DNA from: Candidatus Magasanikiibacteriota bacterium
GTDB taxonomy: Bacteria > Patescibacteriota > Patescibacteriia > Magasanikbacterales > JACTTX01
DNA: 64,000 nucleotides
NCBI GenBank assembly: GCA_015661005.1
Contig: JACTTX010000002.1
Span: forward strand, 856-64,855
Direction: 5' to 3'
Made by a program: the position numbers and the translations under genes. Below are positions 30,463 through 37,600 of the stretch, in pieces (within the stretch, counting starts at the first letter, position 1; every line of letters starts with the position of its first letter). Below the pieces are notes generated by a model, which was not told the DNA's origin, did not search any database, and saw nothing but the letters and a program-made list of their open reading frames with translations.

Positions 30463-31614
30463 TCACTGGGGTGTTCCGGTGGCGCTCAAACCTGCCGCCG
30501 CGGTCTTGGCGGCCGGACGAATCACCAAATTTTTAGTCAGGTCTTTATAGATAACATCGCCAATGGCCTCAATTTTTCTGAAAACGTAAGCGCCGTCTTT
30601 TTCCACGGTTCCGACCGCCGGCCAAACGCTTTTGAGCTGGTTGTACACATCTGCATCTTTAGAAAGAATAATTGTCGGCACGTTGACGATTTTATATTGA
30701 TTGACCAATCCTTTTCCTTGAGGCGAAGACACATCAACTACTTCACTGTTGGTCACCGCCACGCCCATACTGGATAAAAGGCCATTGTGTTTGGCAGGAT
30801 CATAACATTCATTACACGATTTGTCGGCGAGCATGGTCATTCGCAATTTGCCGAGAATTTTATTTTGCGCCAGATCAAAATATGGCGGGATCATTTGCCG
30901 GAAAACGTAAACGCCGTCGCTTTGCGTTTCACCGATAGTTAAATTTTTAAAGATGTCATAATACTTCACGTCCTCGGAAAGAATGATTTGCGGAAAAGCG
31001 GTAATTTTATATTTTGCCGTCAAACTTTTTCCATCTTCGGAAAAAGGCGACACGGTTTTGGTATCGGCAATAAAAATGCCGGCATTCTTCATTTGATTGA
31101 TGAGCTCGCTCGGCTGCGCACAGCCAACGCATAATTTAGGATCGTTCAAAATAGTAACATAAATTTTTCCGCGCTCGGCGCCGTCTTTGGGATCAATGTA
31201 GACCGGCGGGGTTTTGGTGAAAATAAAATTATTGTTAGCCAGTCGGCCGTTTTGCGCAATAAACCCCGCCAGCTTTTCATTGGTAACGTCTCCGCTCGCC
31301 ACAAAAGTTGGAAGCCGCTCCAGTCCAAAATCCGCCACCAGTTTTTTCCCTTCTTCGCTGTCAAAGATCAGCGTCTTTTCCGCCGTCACTTCCACCGGAA
31401 ACTTTTTAAACGCCGCCACGGCTTTCTGAATATCAAAACAATCTGGACAACTCGGCGTCGTCAATATCTGGAGTGTGATTTTTGCCGGTTGATTTTTTTC
31501 TTCGGCCACTTTGATTTGTTTGCCAATGGCGGTGTTAGTTTGAAAAGAAATAATAGCGCCAGACAGTGCGGCAAGAAAAGCAATCCCAAGTAGCGCGCGA
31601 TTGACAGTGATCAT
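30463..31614 (-). CDS. membrane-anchored protein with three tandem thioredoxin-like CxxC domains
   Basis: Three ~110-aa internal repeats, each with a CxxC (SCPDC, CVGC, CNEC) and a downstream cis-Pro-like motif (LPTFVAS, FPQIIL, VPTIIL). Confidence 0.7.
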   Translation of the reverse strand: MITVNRALLGIAFLAALSGAIISFQTNTAIGKQIKVAEEKNQPAKITLQILTTPSCPDCFDIQKAVAAFKKFPVEVTAEKTLIFDSEEGKKLVADFGLERLPTFVASGDVTNEKLAGFIAQNGRLANNNFIFTKTPPVYIDPKDGAERGKIYVTILNDPKLCVGCAQPSELINQMKNAGIFIADTKTVSPFSEDGKSLTAKYKITAFPQIILSEDVKYYDIFKNLTIGETQSDGVYVFRQMIPPYFDLAQNKILGKLRMTMLADKSCNECYDPAKHNGLLSSMGVAVTNSEVVDVSSPQGKGLVNQYKIVNVPTIILSKDADVYNQLKSVWPAVGTVEKDGAYVFRKIEAIGDVIYKDLTKNLVIRPAAKTAAAGLSATGTPQ

Positions 31615-32432
31615 AAATTATAGGGAATTTTGTGAATCGGATTTAAAATCATTGGCGACTCGGCGGATTGACTTTCCGAACACGGCAAAACGGCAACCGT
31701 TTGCGCTTTTGTTGACGGGACAAAGGCCGCCAGTAAAATCGCGAGTACCATAACGCTCACAAAAATCTTTGTCAAGGTGAGCGGCGCAAATTTCAATCCC
31801 CTGCCTTCCAAAACAGCGATGCGAATGGCAAGAGTTGACTGTTCGGCAAATCCAAAAAATGCGGCCGGTGCGGACGGACGTCCCGAGAGTTTAATCAGAG
31901 CCGAGACCAAAGAAATTTTTCCCTTCTCACCGTTTTGAGCGGCGGCATCAGCGGCCACTTCTCTGGCGGCCAGCCATCTTTTTTCAAAATCCGCCACGAT
32001 TGGCAAAAACCAAAAAGCGGTGCGTGCGGCGTGAAGCAAAGCGCCCATCAGCGGATCATATGATTGCTGATGATGCCGCTCATGAGATAAAACCGCCAGC
32101 AGTTCCGCCTCCGTCAGAACGCTCGCCGCCGAGGTACTCAAATAAATTTGCGGTTTAAAAAATCCAACGCAAAAACATTTTGATTGATCGGACGCAAAAA
32201 TCCGAATATTATTTATTTGCTTGTTTTCAATCAAAGCGGCAAGACGCGGCGGAACCGCCGCCGACGCCAACAATGAGAGTGAGCGCAATAATTTTCCGGT
32301 GGCCAGAACTTGGCGAACCAAAGAAACAATAAAAATTCCTAAAACCGACAATCCGGCCGCCCAACCAACGCCATGCCAAAAATTGCCATGCGTAATCGCG
32401 GAAAAAAAATTGTCACAGCGAGTGATCGCCAT
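31611..32432 (-). CDS. BlaR1/MecR1-like M56 peptidase-domain membrane protein (no sensor domain)
   Basis: HERHHQQ is an HExxH in an M56-like 4-TM context, and the gene lies immediately downstream of a BlaI-family repressor. At 273 aa it lacks a C-terminal sensor domain. Confidence 0.6.
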   Translation of the reverse strand: MAITRCDNFFSAITHGNFWHGVGWAAGLSVLGIFIVSLVRQVLATGKLLRSLSLLASAAVPPRLAALIENKQINNIRIFASDQSKCFCVGFFKPQIYLSTSAASVLTEAELLAVLSHERHHQQSYDPLMGALLHAARTAFWFLPIVADFEKRWLAAREVAADAAAQNGEKGKISLVSALIKLSGRPSAPAAFFGFAEQSTLAIRIAVLEGRGLKFAPLTLTKIFVSVMVLAILLAAFVPSTKAQTVAVLPCSESQSAESPMILNPIHKIPYNL

Positions 32433-32433
32433 A

Positions 32434-32826
32434 TTAACTCCGGCCGCGTTTTAAATCCGCCAACAACTTTTTCAACTTCTTGCGATCAACTTTGTCCGTC
32501 TCTTCCAAAAAACAAGCAATGGCAACCTCTCCGAATTCTTTTCTAATCCGTCCGAGCGTTTCTCCGGCCAGCGTCCGATAAAATTCTTGCCGCGTCAGAC
32601 GCGGACAAAAAACATGCTGACCGGCGCGAATATTTTTTTTGAGCACGCCTTTCTTAACCAGCCGATTCATAATGGTCATGATGGTGGTATAGGCGACATC
32701 AATTTTTTTATGCAAATGATCAACGACGTCCCGCACCGAACCCCCCTCCGGACGCGACCACAAAATATCCAGGATGTCTTTTTCCCGTTCGCCAAGCAAG
32801 CGTCCAACATGAGACGGTGTCCGCAT
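32434..32826 (-). CDS. BlaI/MecI/CopY-family transcriptional repressor
   Basis: LGEREKDILDILWSRPEGGSVRDVVDHL...YTTIMTIMNRLVKKGVLKK winged helix of the penicillinase-repressor family. No C-terminal Cys cluster, so BlaI-like rather than CopY-like. Confidence 0.8.
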   Translation of the reverse strand: MRTPSHVGRLLGEREKDILDILWSRPEGGSVRDVVDHLHKKIDVAYTTIMTIMNRLVKKGVLKKNIRAGQHVFCPRLTRQEFYRTLAGETLGRIRKEFGEVAIACFLEETDKVDRKKLKKLLADLKRGRS

Positions 32827-32837
32827 ATAAAAATTTA

Positions 32838-32857
32838 TCTACTACATTATGTAGAAG
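32838..32857. promoter_or_regulatory. putative BlaI-family operator (palindrome CTACA-TTA-TGTAG)
   Basis: The 13-bp perfect dyad contains TACA/TGTA half-sites like bla/mec/cop boxes. It sits 12 bp upstream of the blaI-like start and shares the 11-mer TACTACATTAT with 33311..33325. Confidence 0.5.
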
Positions 32858-32920
32858 ACAAGTCCAACGGTCAACCGGTTTTATCCACAGCGCAAAATTT
32901 TACCTCAACCATTCCCGTTT

Positions 32921-33301
32921 TCATCTGACCCACTCCCGCCACGATTTTGGCCAACCGCGTAGCAACAACAAGGCCAGAGGCGCGCCCCAGTTGGCCCATC
33001 TTTCCACAAAATCCCAAAACGATTCGCCAACCAACGGACGTAAAATGGCGGTCCAGAAACCCCAAACGGCGGCCCAAGCCAGCACACCGCGCACCGGCTT
33101 CACCAAAATAATCAAAGCCACAATCAGATCCATAATACCAATCGCCAACAAAATTTTGCCGGCCAAGACGGCGTCTGTCTGCAAAATTTCCTGAATCCAT
33201 TTGATCCACTGCGCTTTGCCTTGAATGGCAAAGACGCCGTGTCCGACGAATTCTCCAAAAATCGCGAGCCGCAAGGCCCAATGAGCAAGTTTATTTTCCA
33301 T
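32921..33301 (-). CDS. DoxX-like small membrane protein
   Basis: 126 aa with 3-4 TM helices and DoxX-like topology; weak assignment. Confidence 0.4.
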   Translation of the reverse strand: MENKLAHWALRLAIFGEFVGHGVFAIQGKAQWIKWIQEILQTDAVLAGKILLAIGIMDLIVALIILVKPVRGVLAWAAVWGFWTAILRPLVGESFWDFVERWANWGAPLALLLLRGWPKSWREWVR

Positions 33302-33310
33302 ATATTTATT

Positions 33311-33325
33311 TTACTACATTATACC
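33311..33325. promoter_or_regulatory. second TACTACATTAT box (operator half-site)
   Basis: ATTTATTTTACTACATTATACC lies 10 bp upstream of the DoxX-like start and shares ATTTAT..TACTACATTAT with the blaI operator region. Confidence 0.4.
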
Positions 33326-33329
33326 ACGA

Positions 33330-33716
33330 TTACTTGACGCCCTCCGGAAGAACGCAACCGCTTTCCCGCGCCAATCCGCTTAATCCTAATTCCCCCGCTA
33401 ACTTGCGACCGTCGGAAAAGATCCAGGTCGGATATTTTTCCACACCCTTATCAAGGCATGTTTGGGGATTATTCGGACACTCCACGTACTTCACAAATTG
33501 GAACGCGTCCCCGAAAGCCGCTTTTTCATTCTGGCAATGCGGACACCAGGCGGCGCCGTACATCGTGATGTCTTTTGTGGCAAGGCATTGGGCAAAAGAA
33601 TCCAGCGGCGCGGTGGCTGATTTTTTTTCCGACCATCTTGATATCGTCACAATTCCCGCAACAATGAGCGCGACTACCCCCGCCGAAATTAATAATGATT
33701 TCATATCATACAGCAA
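33330..33716 (-). CDS. membrane-anchored thioredoxin-like protein (VKOR-associated Trx-like type)
   Basis: MYGAAWCPHCQNEKAAFGDAF...YVEC closely matches the Trx-like domain usually fused to bacterial VKOR homologues. Confidence 0.7.
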   Translation of the reverse strand: MLYDMKSLLISAGVVALIVAGIVTISRWSEKKSATAPLDSFAQCLATKDITMYGAAWCPHCQNEKAAFGDAFQFVKYVECPNNPQTCLDKGVEKYPTWIFSDGRKLAGELGLSGLARESGCVLPEGVK

Positions 33717-33747
33717 ATATTTGAATTTTGAAAGTGACCTGCCAGTG

Positions 33748-33882
33748 GCGAATGGAAAGGCGCAAATGTCGTGTTGCTTAGAACAATAACGCTACAGTGA
33801 CTGGAGAATGGAAGGACGCAAATATCGTGTTCTCCAATCAAGAACGATATTTGCGTCCTTCCATTCTCTATTCTCTATTCTC
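33748..33882. repeat. palindromic element copy B (plus a degenerate half copy upstream)
   Basis: 24-bp perfect inverted repeat GAGAATGGAAGGACGCAAATATCG/CGATATTTGCGTCCTTCCATTCTC around the same inner core CGTGTTCTcCAATCAAGAACG as copy A. It is preceded by a partial left-arm copy and followed by a (TTCTCTA)n run. Confidence 0.6.
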
Positions 33883-33884
33883 TG

Positions 33885-34340
33885 TCAACAACATTGTTCC
33901 ATCTTCTTCTCCAGATCTTCCACGCGCCGCTGACTCCCGCCGGACTTACCAACACGCAGGCATATGGCGGCCGTCACGAGCATCACCGTCAAAGCCAAAA
34001 GCAGAATCCACCACCAACTTTGAGTCACGCCATAAACGGCCGTGAAGCCGGCCGGAATAAAAATCATTTTCCAAGCGAGCGGCTTAATGTGCGGCGCCAG
34101 ATATTTCTCCGCTTGATAAGCAATGCCGACAACGGATCCGCCCATCAGAATTGTCGGCACAAAAAGATCAATCGTGAATCCCGCCGGATGCCAGCCGCCA
34201 AAATAAAGCGCCAACATCCAAATCCAAGTTCCGGCCGCACCGGCGCAAATTGGACACAAACGCTTGCCGGTCGCGCGGTTAAGCAGCGCCGCCAGCCCGG
34301 CAATCGTGTAAAGGGAAATTAAAGCGATGAGAATATTCAT
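33885..34340 (-). CDS. DsbB/VKOR-like candidate: small polytopic membrane protein with CPIC motif
   Basis: 151 aa, about 4-5 TM helices, LCPICAGAAG at a TM boundary, C-terminal QCC. Neighbours a Trx-like protein of the VKOR-partner type and CcdA. Confidence 0.4.
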   Translation of the reverse strand: MNILIALISLYTIAGLAALLNRATGKRLCPICAGAAGTWIWMLALYFGGWHPAGFTIDLFVPTILMGGSVVGIAYQAEKYLAPHIKPLAWKMIFIPAGFTAVYGVTQSWWWILLLALTVMLVTAAICLRVGKSGGSQRRVEDLEKKMEQCC

Positions 34341-35119
34341 AACAGAAAAATTATTACACCAAGAATGACCATCAACAAGCCGTCGGCCCAGCGCATTTTT
34401 CCGCGGACGCGCGCCTGCCAGACCTGAACTTTTTCAATGACCGCGCTTTTACTCGCGATTACTAAAATAATCACGAGCGGCAGAATAAAGATTAAATTGT
34501 AGTAGAGAAGATACGCCAAACCGCGCAGGAAGGTGGCGTTGTCATGCAAGAGTCCGAGCACCATGAGATACGGGCCGCCAGTGCAGGGAAATTCGCAAAG
34601 CCCAACGAGCGCTCCCAAAAGAAAAGCCGTTGGCGCGGAAGCGCGATCCATAAGCGCGGCCATGCGATGATGAACGCCTTGCGGAATACGGAGCTTGATT
34701 GGGAACGAAGGAAAGTATTCATTCACCAAATTCACGAGACCAAGTACAATCAAAATCCCGGCGCCGATCTTGGCCATGAAATGCGGCGTGTTGAAAAGAT
34801 GCAGGGTCTGCAAAATCCCCAGCCCAATCAAGATGTAGACCGCAAAAATCCCAAAAATGTAAGTGCCGCCAATAGCCAGAATCCGCCCGCGCAATTTTCC
34901 GATGCTTGCCAAAAAGGCAATCGTCAGAATCAAGATGGAAAAAGCGCAGGGGTTGATGCTGTCAACAACGGCCGCCACGGTAACGAGCGGCAGGAGCAAT
35001 TGTCCGCCATTGCTGATTTTCCACAAAACACCGGCCCCGGCCGCGCCGGAAAAACCGATAATTGATACAACAACAAACGCCGCCGACACTACAATAATGA
35101 ACAACCATTTTTTTTTCAT
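34337..35119 (-). CDS. ccdA: cytochrome c-type biogenesis protein CcdA / DsbD transmembrane-domain family
   Basis: Conserved Cys in TM1 (DSINPCAF) and TM4 (LCEFPCTGGPYL); 260 aa. Confidence 0.8.
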   Translation of the reverse strand: MKKKWLFIIVVSAAFVVVSIIGFSGAAGAGVLWKISNGGQLLLPLVTVAAVVDSINPCAFSILILTIAFLASIGKLRGRILAIGGTYIFGIFAVYILIGLGILQTLHLFNTPHFMAKIGAGILIVLGLVNLVNEYFPSFPIKLRIPQGVHHRMAALMDRASAPTAFLLGALVGLCEFPCTGGPYLMVLGLLHDNATFLRGLAYLLYYNLIFILPLVIILVIASKSAVIEKVQVWQARVRGKMRWADGLLMVILGVIIFLL

Positions 35120-35127
35120 AATCGCGA

Positions 35128-35622
35128 TTAAGGCGTGACCGTGGCCGTAAAATTCAACTCCAGCGGCCGACCGTTCGGATTATCCAAGTAAACGATGCGG
35201 GAGATTTTTCCAACACCGGCCGGTCCGTGCGCCGCCGGATCAAACGTTACTTCCACGGTGGCCTCTTCACCCGCTTCTATAACTTCATTGATGGTCGGAA
35301 CCGGCAGATGTCCGGGCATACCAACCGGTCCGAAAGTTTTTCCGTTATGCATGACTTTCGCCTCCGTGCACATGCAGGACGTATAGAACTTCACGATTTT
35401 CGCCGACTCACTGCCGTTGTTTTTAACTTTGAATTCATGGGTAACTTTCCCTTTGGCCATGGAAACCGTGCCGAAGTCATAAGAATTTTCCAGTGCGGTC
35501 AAAACGCCTTTGGCGTCAATGGTTTGTTTTTCCTCCGGCGCCGCGCCGGATCGGGCAAACCAAATCAGGGCTCCGGCAATGACGGCAATCGCCGCCACGT
35601 TGATAATCATTTTTGAATTCAT
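35128..35622 (-). CDS. DUF1573 domain-containing membrane-anchored protein
   Basis: N-terminal TM helix, then an Ig-like domain with the CMC motif (FYTSCMCTEAK) typical of DUF1573. Confidence 0.6.
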   Translation of the reverse strand: MNSKMIINVAAIAVIAGALIWFARSGAAPEEKQTIDAKGVLTALENSYDFGTVSMAKGKVTHEFKVKNNGSESAKIVKFYTSCMCTEAKVMHNGKTFGPVGMPGHLPVPTINEVIEAGEEATVEVTFDPAAHGPAGVGKISRIVYLDNPNGRPLELNFTATVTP

Positions 35623-35719
35623 ATAATTTTTGGTGATTAAACACGTTTACTCGCGAAACAAAAAATCCGCGTGAACGTATGAAACCGGCCGCCCCGACGT
35701 AATGTCAAGACCGACCGGA

Positions 35720-36106
35720 CTAAATCAATGACGGGCTGAATTCCAATTGCGCCAACCAGCGCAAAAAACTTTTTTGCCTTTGCAAAATTGCTTTCAGAAA
35801 AAGACGTTGCCGCGTTTTTACAAACCGCGTTCCATCAACGGCACAGGCAGTGTAAAATGACAAGAAAAAAACAGCGCCCAGCAAACCCAAAAAAATAAAA
35901 TCAACAATGACGGCGTTGGTAAAATTACGGAAGGCGGCAAAATGAAAAGCCATGGAGTCATCGGTGTGGCGCTCGTTCGGACATTCGGCGCCAAAAGCAA
36001 TGGCCGCCAAGCAACGGCCGTTTTGCGCGCCGCGACCCATTCCGCTGAATGCGCCGACGGAAATTATCACCAGCAAGGCAACAGTAATGGCAATAAAAAA
36101 TTTCAT
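35720..36106 (-). CDS. hypothetical small membrane protein
   Basis: MKFFIAITVALLVIISVGAF signal/TM region followed by a GxC...AEC segment. Start taken at the ATG at 36106, which follows the structured leader. Confidence 0.35.
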   Translation of the reverse strand: MKFFIAITVALLVIISVGAFSGMGRGAQNGRCLAAIAFGAECPNERHTDDSMAFHFAAFRNFTNAVIVDFIFLGLLGAVFFLSFYTACAVDGTRFVKTRQRLFLKAILQRQKSFLRWLAQLEFSPSLI

Positions 36107-36332
36107 GAAGCGAGTATAAACGTTTTTCAAAAAAATTACAATGGGAGTCCCCTCTGCGACCGCCGGACTCGTGACCTATCCCGTGAGGAACAGGTGGGTC
36201 GCCGCACGCGTGGCCCAAGGGCCGCGCAAATATTGGCATCCCTATTGATGAGATTGTAGAGAAAGTCATCGCCCGACGGCGGCAGGAAGAGGACACTTTC
36301 AATATACCGCGCCGCCAAGCGCGATGCAACAT
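36107..36332 (-). promoter_or_regulatory. promoter and structured ~190-nt 5' leader with terminator/antiterminator-like alternative pairings
   Basis: Minus strand: TTGCAT-17-TATATT promoter at 36329..36301. The leader ends in the hairpin GAGUCC-(14 nt)-GGACUC followed by UUGUAAUUUUUUU about 30 nt before the ATG. The 5' segment GUCCUCUUCCUGCCGCCG is complementary to the loop and 3' half of that hairpin. Confidence 0.4.
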
Positions 36333-36351
36333 GACGTAATATGCCGCAACA

Positions 36352-36391
36352 CGCGACAAAAAAAGAACGACCACTGATGTTAACAGTGGTC
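36352..36391 (-). terminator. intrinsic terminator
   Basis: Minus strand GACCACUG-uuaacau-CAGUGGUC (8-bp perfect stem) followed by GUUCUUUUUUUUG, about 55 nt after the stop of the 91-aa ORF. Confidence 0.65.
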
Positions 36392-36445
36392 GCCCCCTTA
36401 ATTCGTGTTGCCCCCTTGGACAGTGCCCTTGTTCACAGGACACTG

Positions 36446-36721
36446 TTACACTGTTGTACCGAAGACATGCTCGTCGCCGGAGAGTATAGCATCCAGATGT
36501 TCGTACGACTGGAATCTCCCGGTCCACTCCAGCTCGAGCTGACGTAGCTGTTCCACATGTAGCGGCTCCGCAAGGCCACTATTCACGCGCTGCTGCAAAG
36601 AATAGATGGCCATGTCCAAACGGGCGAGCGCTGTTTCTTGCTTGGCGTGCGCCGTCGTGACTGCTGGATAGCTGTCGCTGATCCTTCGCCAACGAACTTT
36701 CCTACCATCACCTTCTTCCAT
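36446..36721 (-). CDS. hypothetical small protein (91 aa)
   Basis: ATG at 36721 is preceded by AAGGGGG 6 nt upstream. Protein-like composition (MEEGDGRKVRWRRISDSYPAVTTAHAKQETALARLDMAIYSLQQ...). The unit is bounded by a leader upstream and the strong terminator downstream, with locally higher GC. Confidence 0.4.
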   Translation of the reverse strand: MEEGDGRKVRWRRISDSYPAVTTAHAKQETALARLDMAIYSLQQRVNSGLAEPLHVEQLRQLELEWTGRFQSYEHLDAILSGDEHVFGTTV

Positions 36722-36799
36722 ACAGCCCCCTTGGTTGATGTCCGTGTGGTCGGCCTTCGCGCCCCCTTTGAGGCGAAAGCCAAACCATTCGTGCGGCAA

Positions 36800-36890
36800 C
36801 CATATAAACTAAACCGCCCCGACGGACGTCGGGGCGGTGTGTGTCTTTCGTAATCTTATCTCATACGACACCGCCCCGGCTCAAGGATAG
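36800..36890 (-). promoter_or_regulatory. GC-rich alternative hairpins (three GGGGCGG/CCGCCCC segments) followed by U-run; either the ndk terminator or an attenuator
   Basis: Minus strand GGGGCGGUG-(29 nt)-CACCGCCCC GACGUCCGUC GGGGCGG UUUAGUUUAUAU. The middle CCGCCCC can pair with either flanking GGGGCGG, so the two structures are mutually exclusive. Confidence 0.35.
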
Positions 36891-37008
36891 CAAAAAGGAC
36901 GAACACCTTCTTAATGGTCATCGCGCGATCCGAGTGGCGGCAAACTTGCGTCATACTTTATCTATCAGACCACGGCGGCAAAAACCCTGTCAAATGAGTT
37001 ATCCACAA

Positions 37009-37461
37009 TTACTCCAGCTCCTCCGCCACATAAACGTGGATGTATTCACCCTTGTCATATTCCAAAAGTTCTTCCGGTTTAAAAAATCGCGCGATTTCTT
37101 TGGCCGCCGTCTCCACGGAATCCGAAGCGTGCACAACGTTGCAAGCCACACTCATGGCCAAATCTCCGCGGATGGAACCGGCTTCGGCGGCGCGCGCTTT
37201 AGTGATGCCGGAAATTAAACGCACCGCTTGCACGACTTCCAATCCTTCCCAAACGGAAACCACAACCGGCGAACTTTGCATAAATTGAGCGACGCCCGGG
37301 AAAAAAGGTTTGTCGGCAATGTGGGAATAATGCTCGCGCAGAACGGCTTCATCAAGACGCATCATTTTTGCGGCGACAAGTTTCAATCCTTTTTTTTCCA
37401 AACGATTAAAAACTTCCCCGACCAGTCCGCGTTGGACGCCATCCGGTTTCACGATGACCAA
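37009..37461 (-). CDS. ndk: nucleoside diphosphate kinase
   Basis: NVVHASDS (NxxHGSD) active-site motif; TLVIVKPDGVQRGLVGEV N-terminus, apparently with a TTG start. Confidence 0.9.
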   Translation of the reverse strand: MVIVKPDGVQRGLVGEVFNRLEKKGLKLVAAKMMRLDEAVLREHYSHIADKPFFPGVAQFMQSSPVVVSVWEGLEVVQAVRLISGITKARAAEAGSIRGDLAMSVACNVVHASDSVETAAKEIARFFKPEELLEYDKGEYIHVYVAEELE

Positions 37462-37600
37462 AGTTTTTTCTTTGACGCTGTGTCAACGTCAAGCCACTAA
37501 AGCCAGAACCCGAAGCGTTGGCTTCGGGTCCCGTATTGTTTCACAATATCAAAAACGCGAACTGTCCGCCAGTCCGCGTTCCCGCAAAAAAACGAATTTT

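Noticed and set aside
36130-36250. tRNA-like or tmRNA/RNase P-like GC-rich segment (..GGUCACGAGUCCGGCGGUCGCAGAGGGGACUCCCA..)
   Set aside because: No acceptor stem, T-arm (GTTCRANYC) or CCA-compatible cloverleaf could be drawn, and no RNase P P4 or tmRNA tag-frame signatures were found. It is better explained as the 3' part of a structured 5' leader ending in a terminator-like hairpin.
35942-36527. ORFs 35958..36527(-) and 35942..36259(+) as protein genes
   Set aside because: Arg/Cys-rich improbable translations overlap a region better explained by a promoter, a structured leader and an intrinsic terminator.
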